Shown: in pieces, positions 1 to 11,741 of the stretch
Layout: every line of letters starts with the position of its first letter
Numbering within the stretch: the stretch's first letter is position 1
Source of the DNA: Azolla caroliniana
Taxonomy: Eukaryota > Plantae > Polypodiophyta
Length of the DNA: 64,000 bases
NCBI GenBank assembly: GCA_043228905.1
Contig: JBHGNT010000003.1
Coordinates: forward strand, 6,510,001-6,574,000
Direction: 5' to 3'
Position numbers and translations under genes: made by a program
Notes under the pieces: generated by a model
The model's database searches: none
Told to the model about the DNA's origin: nothing
The model's input: only the letters and a program-made list of their open reading frames with translations

Positions 1-828
1 TGATTAGGGTTAAGTGTTACATAGAAAAATCCTAATCACTTCTCCTTTTGTACGTGTTGTGTTGACTTCTCTACTTAATTGAGGTGTGATTAGTACTACG
101 AGTAATCTCTTGCTTTCATGTGTGTGTGTGTGTACTTACCACTTAAGGCATAAACTTAACTTCTTGATTATAGTTGACTTAGTGAGGCGAGAGTAAGAGT
201 CTATGAGGCTAGTAGCTTGAGTGTGATTTGCTAGGAATATGTCCCTCCTGTGAGAGGAGCCGACTGTTCGAGCTGACAGTCGAAGACAAGGGAATAGACG
301 AAGAATGCATTTACAAAGATCCCCTCTATTGCCTATTTTTGCCATTATTGTGGGTTTATGTTGATTGAGGAAGTGTCAAATCATGGGTCCTAGATCATAT
401 GGTATAATAAAGGACATGTAATCTCTTGGCCATGTGTTAGCCTTTGGTGGGAGATTGCATATTACAACACAATATGCATGTATGAGAGAGGCATTATAAT
501 ATGCAATCTCCCACCAAGGTTTGGTAAGGAGAACAACCCCTCACATATTTAGCTTGTGGGATACCCTTCAGGGATTGTTGTTGGGTATTGTGCGCATGAG
601 AAACTAGCTCCAAGGTTATCTTATAGGTTCGTGGAATCGATCATGGGTTGGTAGAGGTGTCGAAAGACAACGGGCGTTGAGAGTGAGCAAGTACGTGTAA
701 GTGCAATATTGGGGTGATGGCCTATGGGGGAGAGAGAAAGGAAGAAGGGAACATCATAGTAATGAAGAGAATGTTAGCAATAGAAAGAATGGAACAAAAA
801 ATAAATGGTAGAGAAAAGAAGGGGCTAT

Positions 829-983
829 ATGTATGTATGTGTGTATGTGTGTATGTATGTATGTATGTATGTATGTATGTATGTGTGTGTGTGTATGTAT
901 GTATGTATGTATGTATGTATGTATGTATGTATGTATGTATGTATGTATGTATGTATGTATGTATGTATGTATGTATGTATGTA
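829..983. repeat. (TATG)n microsatellite with short (TG)n interruptions
   Basis: Directly visible; explains the spurious MYVC/HTYI ORFs at 714-1102. Confidence 0.98.
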
Positions 984-1233
984 TAGAAAGCAAATGCAAG
1001 CATGAGGTAGGCAGTGGATGTGATGAAAAGACAAACAAAAAAATCAAACGAGAAAGGTGCCCATTCATGTCAAATTTAAACAAGACAAAGGAAAATACAT
1101 AAACATTTCATTGTGAGTCAAACCAAAAAATTACAAGACTGGTAAAAATTACATATATACAACATTCTATGGGTCAATTAAATGAGATTTTGGCTAATCC
1201 CGTGTGTATAGCAACCAAGGGTTAGCTAGAGGA

Positions 1234-1935
1234 TTATGCTATGCAACGCCAGAGACTACTAAGCATGCCCTCTGGTCTTGTCCCTTGGCTCAACAAGTAT
1301 GGAATAAAGTTCTTTCTTTATTCCTAACAATCAATGTTGGTTGCTTGTTCTCATGGGGAGCAGTGGTGTGGGGAGTATTACACTCCAACTTGATGTTGTA
1401 TGAGGCAGATGATATGCAAGAGGCCATCACGGCATATAACAGAAGATTGATATCAGTTAGTCCGTTTCAGCAACCTCGAAAGCAAATGCAATCTGTCGAG
1501 ATCTGGAAAACTGTGACTACGATAACATTATGGGTATTATGGAAATGTAGATGCAGTCGACTTTACGATGCCACAAAGCTTGGCATTCCAAAGGTATTGC
1601 TTGAGATATGGGAAACATTGTTGACAGTAGTTCGTGGGCAGTATGATAACATGGCTGGTTCTTCACTTATGGAGGAAGGTGCCTCTCTTTGTAATGACAA
1701 ACCAAAGCCTCAATGGAATTATCATCTTCCATGGACCTTTTCTTGATATAAAACCAACATGTTAATGTATCGTTTAAGGCTCAACAACCATATATAAGCT
1801 GTTTTTGTATGTACAAGTTTAGGTGTACATACATTACGTTGTAAACCTACGGGCAGATAACTTTCACTTGTACTTTCTCGATGTTTTAATACTGTTGAAG
1901 AAAATCTTTCAGGGAAAAGAAAAAAGAAAAAAAAG
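1234..1935 (+). mobile_element. 5'-truncated LINE (L1-like), 3' end of ORF2 plus A-rich tail
   Basis: ORF 1204-1746 has the zf-RVT-like ETTKHALWSCP and WVLWKCRC...EIW...RGQYD motifs. A-rich tail at ~1915-1934. 15-bp TSD GGGTTAGCTAGAGGA at 1219-1233 and 1936-1950. Confidence 0.85.
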
Positions 1936-2445
1936 GGGTTAGCTAGAGGAACAATCTGAACTTGGTATCGTGAGAACACCATGAAGTCACATCCTAAACT
2001 ACTAGTTTCCGATTTAGTTTTAGCGTCGAGGTTTTTGGTTTTGACATTTTGAATCTGCAATTGAGTGGATACATTACTAGGTTTGCTTTTTTGCCTATAG
2101 TCGGCATTGGTTTAATTGGGTTACATAATTAACTATGCCTAGGAAACCAAAATTGTATGTCACCTTTGTGCCACCCTTGGGTTTTTGTTTGTTGTTTCCT
2201 AACACGCCATGTGGCCTCGGTACCTTGCTTTCCTTCAACTATTAACCCACTTCCTAGGTTTTGTGGGTCTTTATTTATTTATTTATTTATTTAACAAAAG
2301 ATACACCCTGGTATTATAAAATCATAAGCAATACAAAAGTTGATGGCTGTTTCGGTGAGAAGAAGAACCCCACCAAAACAAAGCTAATGCTAACCATAAA
2401 TTCATCCATCCATTCATGAGGAGAAAGGGACCTAAAAACATTTTC

Positions 2446-2545
2446 GATTCATGGATATTTGCAGCCTCCATGCCAATGAGAGATGGCTGAAATAATACTT
2501 TGGACATCGGAATCGTTGTACACTTGTAGTTATCACTCCATTCCA
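2446..2545 (-). pseudogene. Actin gene fragment, frameshifted
   Basis: Minus strand reads NGVITTSVQRFRCP, then in the adjacent frame [19 protein letters not shown]; compare plant actin [34 protein letters not shown]. Confidence 0.85.
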
Positions 2546-2574
2546 CAATATAACATTTCAGCTTGACAACTTTC

Positions 2575-2750
2575 CAAGCTGTTTTTGTGCTTTTAAAGGA
2601 GCACCACATTTAACATACATGCTGATTAAAACAGTTGCTACATATGAGCTTTTTCCAGCAACCCTTTTTCTCACAATATATGCCAGTATTCTAGAACCCT
2701 CACAAAGATCCTTCCACCAAGCACAAGCTTTGAGAAATGACACAACATTG
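2575..2750 (-). pseudogene. PPR (PLS-class) gene fragment
   Basis: VVSFLKACAWWKDLCEGSRILAYIVRK...YVATVLISMYVKCGAPLKAQK matches an L/S PPR motif pair. Confidence 0.75.
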
Positions 2751-3202
2751 AAATGTTCTTTTGACATTCTCTTCTTTTCTCTTAAATTTCCCCTGTTTTA
2801 AGTTTTTGACCAATTCCTTTGTACTCTCATCATAGACGATTTGTTGAGCATAGTCAGCAGTAGTAGCAACTTTCAAGCGCCATTCCTCATAGTCGATTTG
2901 ATGTGTATATGCAAGAACAACACATATTTGTACACCATATCTCCAAGATTTTTATCGTCTACTCCTCCCAAACTGCAATTGAGCATTCAATGTAACCTAT
3001 AGCACCTAAATCTGTAACAACAAAATGTGCATAAACAAAGTTAGTAGACATTGTTTCCCCAAAAACGTATACATCCAAATTATGTGATCTCCATCTTCCC
3101 TAAAAATTTGTGGGTCTTTTCTTAGTAGCCATTTGGGGAGATATTGGGGCAATGTTTGTTTATGGTAGGACCCAATGAGTTTTGGGTACCCATTGGATCC
3201 TT

Positions 3203-3560
3203 GATAGTTTTGTCACACAATGGAGGGCGACATTGAAATTAGCTTTGAGTTCTAAATTGATGTGATAGTGTTGGAGATGGGTCTTCAATGGATGAATGTC
3301 TACAATTGTGTGTGCACTATGATGTGTGTGCTAATAGACAACAAATGTATTAATCCAAGCAAGAGAACGGAATAGTCTTAGATAGTTTTGTCACACAATG
3401 GAGGGCGACATTGAAATTAGCTTTGAGTTCTAAATTGATGTGATAGTGTTGGAGATGGGTCTTCAATGGATGAATGTCTACAATTGTGTGTGCACTATGA
3501 TGTGTGTGCTAATAGACAACAAATGTATTAATCCAAGCAAGAGAACGGAATAGTCTTAGA
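3203..3560. repeat. Near-perfect tandem duplication, 178-bp period
   Basis: GATAGTTTTGTCACACAATGG...AATAGTCTTAGA starts at 3203 and again at 3381. Confidence 0.95.
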
Positions 3561-4592
3561 CAACTGAAAAGAAAGGAGGGAGAGAGACAGAGGGAAGGAG
3601 GGAGGGAAAAACAGAGCGGCACAAAATACAAACTTGTATTATTCAAGGACCAGTAATGGCAACCGCAACATCAACCTACAAACTAGTTACAGAAATAGCC
3701 TATCCTAGTTTGTACAAGGGATAGTGTGGACACGCCCATTATATGACTATATTCGATAGGTAGCTCATCAATGTTCGAGGGTGGGGGTCCAAGTTTGAGG
3801 GTGGACTGGATATGTCCATTTGAAGTCTCCAATAGTTGGAAAGTAAAACAAAGATGTTTTTTATAAGTCACAAACTTGGAGGTCGCCATAAAATGGCTTT
3901 GAGTTCTAAATTGATGCAATAACTCAACCAAGTTTGAGGATCGAGTTCAGGACATTTGTGCTACAATAGTTCGTTGGATATGTCCATTTGAAGTCTCCAA
4001 TGGTTGGAAAGTAAATGACATGCTCTCTTGGTGTTTTCTCTCACCAACTAGATAACAATCCAAGACGAATATTTCATATTTCTAGTGTTAAAAGATTTCA
4101 CAAATTATGTGAAGGAGATCAAAAGCCAAACTCATTTGGTGTGTATCACAAAGTTTGGAATAATTTGATATTGCCCTAAAGTCCATGTGTGCATATCATA
4201 TGAGAATTATAGGGAAATCATTGAGCAACGAAGTTCATGAATGTAAAACCAACTTGAAAAAAAGGAAGGAAAGATGCTCCAATACATGAGAAAAGCCAAT
4301 GAAATCAAACCTCCCATGCTCAAGATTCCCACAATCGAGAATGGGTTCAACGATGGGCGGATCAAATTAAGACTTGGAAATATGTTATGGAGAGAAACTT
4401 CACAAAGCTTTACAAACTAGGCTTCTACCTCATCAAGTACACTTGTAACTCTTTAGTCCCCAAAGAACAGAAAATGTAACAAAGCTCTTACGCAGACATA
4501 GTAAAGAAGGGAAATGTTGATAATGACTATTGAGGTGTTTTCATGGATATGTCACAAGATGTCAACATGCATGGATATTAATGTTGTACATG

Positions 4593-5060
4593 TAACATTC
4601 GGCAACAGTTCGGTTCGGTTCGAGAGGGTCCAAACCAAACCGGTTTGAAAAAAGAACCGTTTAGAGATGTTGAAACCTGAACCGAATCACGAAACCGTTA
4701 AACCGAACCATTAAATTTTTTTCAAACGTTAAGCCATTAAACCGGTAAAACGGTGGTTCCGTGGTTTGGTTTCGGTTTTCAGCTTAGGTCTAATTTTTAA
4801 TTTTTAAAATTTCAAAAAATTTAAAATTTTTAAAAATTTTCCCAAAATGTGAGAATAAGGCATGAAAATGAAATGATTATTTAAAAACTTTTTTTTTTTT
4901 TAAATTTCCCTTTTTTAAAAACTTTTTTTGAATTTAAAAAATAAAAAATAAAAACACGTTTAAACCACGGTTTTTTATTGTTGAAACGGAACCGAACCGT
5001 TAAAAAAACCCGAACTTGAACCGAACCGAAATGTTTAAACCATTAAGCCGCAGTTTCACG
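4593..5060. mobile_element. hAT-type MITE, same family as 55401-55759 in opposite orientation; right TIR degenerate or missing
   Basis: Left end TAACATTCGGCAACAGTTCGGTTC, many GAACC/GGTTC subterminal motifs, AT-rich core. GTACATG flanks both sides (4586-4592, 5061-5067). Confidence 0.75.
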
Positions 5061-6224
5061 GTACATGTCTAATAGATAATCAAATGTATGTTGAATTCAA
5101 GTGTGTTGAATTTACACCCTTCCAAATGGAAAATATTTTGGAAATATGACCAAATCAATTGATTAGGGAACTATCATGTTTGTGTTTAAGAACATAAGCA
5201 ATCAGAATTTGTTGCAAAATATGCCACTTTACTAGCTATAGTATTATTTTTTTATAAGGGCAAAGGAAAGTCGTTTAGTCTATTAATGTTAGTTGAACAA
5301 GAGTTCAATACTAGTTTCCTTACAATGACATTCATGGTAGTTGGATGGACATCGAGAACATATTTGTTGGCAAATATGAAACTTTGCTAGCTAAAGTAAT
5401 TTTTTCAGGGTCAAAGGAAAGTCGTTTGGTGTATTAGTGTTAGTTAAACAAGAGTACAATTCCAGTTTGCTTACAAGGACATTCACAGTAGACAGATGGA
5501 CATCTAGGGTCATACTGGTGGAATTTTTTTGGGTTTGATAGTTTCAATGCCTCTAAATTCTTCCAAATCAAGGATTGATATTTCAAATCAAATAAGTACC
5601 CTTGGCTTGGGAATGCTTTTTTATATGGAGATTTTAGGAACACTACATATTTGGGAGGTAATATCTCAATACTTTGTAATATGTCATGGTGGCACAACGT
5701 TATGTGTATGCATGTGAAACATGAACAGGATCACGGAGCCTTGAACTAGAGAGGATGGGTCATGGGATTCCAACATTGAAACCATGGGTTTGTGCATGTG
5801 AGTTTGTTTTAGTGTCAATATGTTTTCAGCACATAGCGTGAAACCACCCCAACTAGGGAAAATAATAATAATATGAGTATGTAATGCAAACTTGCAAAAT
5901 GTATTCATGGACAACAACATTCAAACCTTACACCTTCGAAGTATGAAGCATTATATTTACCAATAAGGCAACTACAATTTCAAATGTAATTAACATTTCT
6001 ATAGATCTTAATCAAATTACGACGAGCGTTCAAAGTATTTGAAATCAACACTCTTTTTGTCCTTTTTCATACATGATCAACACTACTACATATCTTAATC
6101 AAATTACGGCGATCCTTCATCACTTACAATTGGAAAATACTCCAATTTGTGAGTCCTTACAAGAGCTTCATTCTTCTATCACGTAGACCCCAATACATAT
6201 TTTGTTTGAGCCTCTCATTTTGGA

Positions 6225-6440
6225 GCCAAGAGTTATCTCGCTTCAAAATTTTGATGGGACTTTGGATTTCCTATAGGGGTTCATCAACCAAATCCAACTT
6301 GTCATCCATCTATAATCCCAGTGGTTCTCTATCAATTTCAAGGATGGCAAATGGATGGATGGTTTGCACTATTTTGAGAATACTCATCATCATTGCTGGA
6401 AGAGTTACTTTCCTTTTTGGCATATTTAGAGCCTACTTTT
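6225..6440 (+). mobile_element. Degenerate Ty3/Gypsy gag remnant related to the 8160-11741 element
   Basis: AAAATTTTGATGGGAC...GGGGTTCATCAACCAAATCCAACTTGTCAT aligns by eye with gag at 8790-8860 (AAAATTTGATGGAAC...GGGTTCATCAACCAAGTTCGACTTATCAT). Confidence 0.65.
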
Positions 6441-8159
6441 TGGTGGTATTGACAAATGGAGGACCAAATTCAAACTCTACCACTTACAAATAGGAGTGAT
6501 GAATATAGGAGGAGAGAAAACTTAAGAGGGAAGAAGGCCACAAAAGTCACCAAAAGTGACTTTTATAGCTTTAGACAATGAGGTTTGACCTCTTTCAAAT
6601 AGGGGTGGCCCTCTTGCCTACAGCTTTGGAGGGAGTTTGGCTATATTCCCCTTTTCTCTAATGTCCCTAAACTAGATGAATTTGGTAACATACGTCATAT
6701 TGTGTTCTTTTATCAGAAGTTGTGTGGCTTCCATGAGCTTCATCGGAACACGTCAATGGATTCATGAATTTATTCCTTCCATTGATGTCGTTTGCCGAGG
6801 ATCTGGACCTACATACACCCTTCTGGTGGGGATCCGAGACAAGGTGGTTGTCAAGTACCTTGGAGTTACTAGTTTACTTAACTATGATCATTAGTGCTTA
6901 AGCTCTCTTTCTCTCTCTCTCGCGCGCGCACATAGACATCAATGTAGAAACAAAGAAGATATAAGAAATCATACACCACTTCTTATTACAAAGAGGTTTA
7001 GCACCATACAAGGGCATAGAGATTAAGGTTTAGCACCATACAAGGGAGATAGAATGGGAGCTCTTAAGCAATAATGAAAAAGGATAACTCCCAAGATCGG
7101 GGAAGAACCCTAAAGTCACCAAAAGGTGGCTTTTATAGCTTTTTACAAGGTAGGTGGGTTCCTTTTACACGAGGATGCCCATTGACTCACATTGCTTCCT
7201 ATTTGGTTTGTTCTACACCAGTTTTCCTATGGTTAGTGGAGCTCGGTTTTGTCCCTTGTTGATGCCTCAATCTCCACAACCGATGTGTCTGGTGGCAGAT
7301 ACTTAAGAGAAGTTCAATTGGCCCTAAAGATAAATTATCTAATATTGATAAGGAGGTAACAACAAACATCTCCCCATTCAAGACTAGTGGCTTTACTTAG
7401 CTAGGGTCCAACACTAGATTCAAATGCTCATACATCATAATAATTGTGTCTACTTCACCACCACTCATATTCTAACCATTGACAAACCCATTAGTTCAAA
7501 TCTTAGACAACTACAACTTTGAAAGTTACTTTTGCCCAAGATCCCAACACATAAAAGAACACACTCTTTCTGAACATGTATAGTTTAAAGTTCTGTTGGG
7601 AGATATGTCTTGTGGAAAAACCCCATCTCACGTCAACATGATGTCACACTCAACCATTTGGATATGAGCTTGTATTTGTATATAATGTACTTGATATAGG
7701 AATACTCTCTAGTCACATACTCTAGAAAGTTCTAGAACTAGAAGTTAGAGGGTTCTAAAATATTTTTGAGAATATTTCAATGCTTGTATTTCATCTCACA
7801 GTATAAATACTTGTAACATCCTTGGTCCCTTTCAAGGGATCCAACACCAGTCATTGACACATCAATCTAGTATTCTCATTTCATTCTTTCTTGTCTCCTT
7901 CTTCATCTATGCCTTCATGCTCTCCATAGCTTCCAAAGTCCATAGCCTTATCGGTCATAGCCTCGTCATCCGAGCTCCGTGGTAGTCCATGGTTGGTGTC
8001 AATGCACAAGCTCCCAAAGGACACCATCTCAAATACAAACCCCACATTTGTCTCGCATTTCTGGAAGCACATGTTCCATCTCCTCAGGAAGCACATGCTC
8101 CATTTAGTTGTCCTTGACATATGACCCTCGAACAAATGACCAAACAAAATGAGTAAACC

Positions 8160-8512
8160 TGTCAAGATTCGAACTCTTGACACGACCATGTTATAATCTA
8201 GTATTATGAGTTAACCAAGATATCTAGTACTAGTTATGTATGTAATTGGTCCTTATTATTTTGCTAGCATCATGTGCATAGTTTCTCCCTTGTAGTATTT
8301 ACACTTGGCACATGCATGCATACCTACATGCTCTATTGTAGATTCACATGCGTGCAACAAGTATGCATGCCATGTAGTATAAATAGAGGAGTTCACCTTG
8401 AAGGAATTCAAGGTGAACAACACCAGTTATGGAGTCTTTCCTTTAATACTATCTTCTTTCTTGTCCATTTGGTTATCTTCTTGCTTGTCTCTTGAGCTTA
8501 TGATCCATGACA
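8160..8512 (+). repeat. 5' LTR (353 bp)
   Basis: Direct repeat of 11388-11741; TG...CA ends; TATAAATA at 8378-8385. Confidence 0.96.
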
Positions 8513-8514
8513 GT

Positions 8515-8525
8515 TTGTTCACCTT
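8515..8525 (+). promoter_or_regulatory. Self-priming primer-binding site TTGTTCACCTT
   Basis: Exact reverse complement of LTR bases 8410-8420 (AAGGTGAACAA); no tRNA-type TGG... PBS follows the LTR. Confidence 0.85.
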
Positions 8526-8561
8526 CCATCCTCATAGCTCTCCCTCTCATGAGCCATAGCT

Positions 8562-9578
8562 ATGTCCGACTCAACTAGTGAGTTAGGCCAAATAATGGTA
8601 GCCTTACGACAACTGTAGCTTGAAAATGAAGCTCTTCGAAATTCTTTACAAGAACTTCAAGTCGGTACCTCCCTATCCTCACAACCCCCGAACCCTAGTC
8701 TCCCACAACAACCTAGCCTAGAGCCCGATCTTCTACCAACATCTAGCCTAGCTTCGTCACAGTTTCTTGAGCCTAAGGTTAGCCTCCCAGAAAAATTTGA
8801 TGGAACGAGGTCGCGTTTCCGAGGGTTCATCAACCAAGTTCGACTTATCATTCGGCTACAACCTCAACGTTATGGAGATGGTCTTCGACAAGTCGTCCTT
8901 GTGGGCACCCTTCTCTTCGGTCCGGCCCAAGCTTGGTTTGCACCATTGGTAGAAACCTCATCACCTTTATTGGAGGACTTTCCCACCTTCCTCGCCGAGT
9001 TAGAGGCCACATTTGGAGAGACAAACCGACGACGTACAGCTCTTAACAAGATTTATGCACTCGAACAAGGTTCACGTGCAGCTTCGGTCTATGCTTCCAA
9101 ATTTCGACAACTAGCATGCGACGTCAATTGGGATGATCAAGCTTTAGCTTATCACTTTCGGCGCGGCCTTCAAAGCAATGTCAAGAATCTTCTCTTAAAC
9201 TTTCCGGAGCCCACCTCGTTATCCCAAGCGATTTCACAAGCAGTCCATTGTGACAATCGTCTTTTCGAATTTCGCCAAGAAGAGCGCCGGACTTGGGTTC
9301 CACCTCATTCACTTCCACGCCATGCCCCGGCCATACAACCCCAAGCATCCTCACACTCACCTACTTCGGCAAATGCTCCTGTCCCCATGGAAATTGATCA
9401 AGCCCGATTTCGGCCACTGACTGATGCTGAACGACAATTTCGGCGGGCTAATGGCTTGTGCATGTATTGTGGCGCCTCCGGTCATGTCGTTTGCCATTGT
9501 CCTAGGAGTACTCGCCCACAATTCCATCGAGCTAACGGACCCCAACATCCGGAAAACGACATCGTTCGGTTGCAGTAG
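8562..9578 (+). pseudogene. Retrotransposon Gag with CCHC zinc knuckle; one premature stop
   Basis: ATG 8562 is in frame with ORF 8901-9578; TAG at 8616-8618. Motifs PEKFDGTRSRFRGFINQ, PMEID, CMYCGASGHVVCHC. Confidence 0.9.
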
Positions 9579-11350
9579 GAGCCATGCAACTGGACATCTC
9601 CCGTCGCCCACATTCTCTTGGTTCCATTGTCGGACCATCAAGCAATTTCACATTGGAGGTATGGCATTCGTTTAACTCTAGTTCCATTCAGTCCACCACT
9701 CATACTTTGAATCGAAGGCAGGCCTGTTGGTTGACATTTCTTGCCGACTACGATTTTGAGATCGTATTTTGACATGGTGGCCAACATGGGAAGGCTGATG
9801 CCCTTTCTCGCCGAGCTGACCTTGCACTCCGCCCTGGGGATGCTGCTTATGCTCAACAATCTAGACATTTGTTGAAACCCGACCAATTGCATCTTTTTGC
9901 CACTTGTATGTTGCAGGATGATTCTTTACTCCAACAAATCATTGATGCATCCAAGACCGATGCGTTCGCCAACGAGATTCGAGATAGTCTGCAAAACCCC
10001 TCCAAGGCGACCAAAAGGAAGGATCTTGACACCTTCACCATACAAGAGGGTTTGTTGTTCCGAGATCATCTCTTATACGTCCCAAAGGGCCCATGTCGCA
10101 CCCGGGTGTTGCGGGAATGCCACGATGACCCACTTGCAGGTCATTTCGGGGTCGTGAAAACCCTCGAGCTAATCTCTCGGGGGTATTGGTGGCCACAACC
10201 ATGGAAGCTGGTCAAAGAATACATAAAGAGTTGTGAGGTTTGTGCTCGCTCCAAAGCCATTCATCATCGGCCATACGGCTTACTACAGCCACTTCCATGT
10301 CCTTGTCGTCCTTGGGCCTCTATCTCTATGGACCTGATAACTGATCTACCCTTGGTCAATAGCTATGACTCGGTGTTGGTCGTTGTCGATCGGTTTACGA
10401 AGATGGGTCACTTCACTCCATGTTCCAAAACCATTTCCGGAGAAGGAATGGTGCATCTCCTACTCAACAATGTGGTACGCTTGCATGGACTCCCCGATGC
10501 GGACCCCAGTTTGTCTCTCTCTGGCAGCGCCTGCTACAAACTTTAGGCATCTCTGTCAAGTTGTCCTCCGCTTATCACCCCCAAACTGACGGGCAAACAG
10601 AGCGTGTCAACCAAATCCTTGAGCAGTATCTTCGGTGCTCGGTTAGTTACCAACAAGATGATTGGGTCAACTTACTTTCGCTCGCGGAATTCGCCTACAA
10701 TAATTCTCTCCATGCATCGACTGGCGTCACTCCCTTCTTTGCCAACTACGGTTTACATCCTCGCTTCAACATTTCCCTTCCTACCACTTCCGTGAACCCT
10801 TCGGCGGAGGATCGCGCCCGCATTTTGGAAGAACTACATCATGATTTATCCTTGGAGCTCAGTCTTGCTAGTGAACGATACAAGATGCAGGCTGATCGCC
10901 ATCGATCTTCCACTCCACACTTTGTCGTTGGAGACATGGTCTGGTTGTTACGTCGACACATCTCTACTACTCGTCCATGTGCGAAACTTGATTACAAGAA
11001 GTTGGGACCATTCCGTATCATCGAGTGCATCAATCCCGTCGCCTTCCGGCTCGCCCTTCCATCCCACTTCCGGATTCACGATGTTTTTCATGTCTCCCTC
11101 CTCGAACCCCATTATGCTTCACAACTTCCAGGACGTCAAGCCCCACCACCACCACATGTGCAATTGACGACAGGGGAGGAATACGAGGTCGACCAAATCC
11201 TTGACTCACGTTGGCACCGTCGACACTTGCAATACCTCGTCCTATGGAGGGGTTACCCCATGTCTGAGGCCACATGGGAACCATCGGCAAATTTACAAAA
11301 TGCCCCATAGGTCGTCCAAGATTTTCATCACCGATATCCCCAGAAACCAA
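9551..11350 (+). pseudogene. Pol remnant: short N-terminus fused to RNase H C-terminus, integrase and chromodomain
   Basis: -1 frame relative to gag. Motifs LNRRQACW...KADALSR; HHCC (CHDDPLAGHFG...CEVC); ISMDLITDLP; AYHPQTDGQTER; GPF motif; EEYEVDQILDSR...YLVLWRGY...TWEP. Stops at 9770 and 11308, frameshift at ~10500. Confidence 0.92.
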
Positions 11351-11387
11351 CGGCCGATTTGGGAAGGCGGCGTAGGAGGGGGGATAA

Positions 11388-11741
11388 TGTCAAGATTCGA
11401 ACTCTTGACACGACCATGTTATAATCTAGTATTATGAGTTAACCAAGATATCTAGTACTAGTTATGTATGTAATTGGTCCTTATTATTTTGCTAGCATCA
11501 TGTGCATAGTTGCTCCCTTGTAGTATTTACACTTGGCACATGCATGCATACCTACACTTGGCACATGCATGCATACCTACATGCAACAAGTATGCATGCC
11601 ATGTAGTATAAATAGAGGAGTTCACCTTGAAGGAATTCAAGGTGAACAACACCAGTTATGGAGTCTTTCCTTTAATACTATCTTCTTTCTTGTCCATTTG
11701 GTTATCTTCTTGCTTGTCTCTTGAGCTTATGATCCGTGACA
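11388..11741 (+). repeat. 3' LTR (354 bp)
   Basis: Direct repeat of 8160-8512, preceded by a polypurine tract. Confidence 0.96.

Larger units (their letters stand above)
8160..11741 (+). mobile_element. Ty3/Gypsy chromovirus LTR retrotransposon (Tcn1/Tf1-like), internally deleted and non-autonomous
   Basis: LTRs TGTCA...TGACA at 8160-8512 and 11388-11741. 5-bp TSD AAACC (8155-8159, 11742-11746). Purine tract at ~11362-11387. Encodes Gag, an RNase H C-terminal remnant, integrase and a chromodomain. Confidence 0.97.

Noticed and set aside
714-1102. Six overlapping ORFs rich in MYVC / HTYI
   Set aside because: Translations of the (TATG)n microsatellite.
3683-4010. Possible minus-strand Gypsy integrase C-terminal remnant
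   Set aside because: Resemblance too weak to call by eye; needs a profile search.
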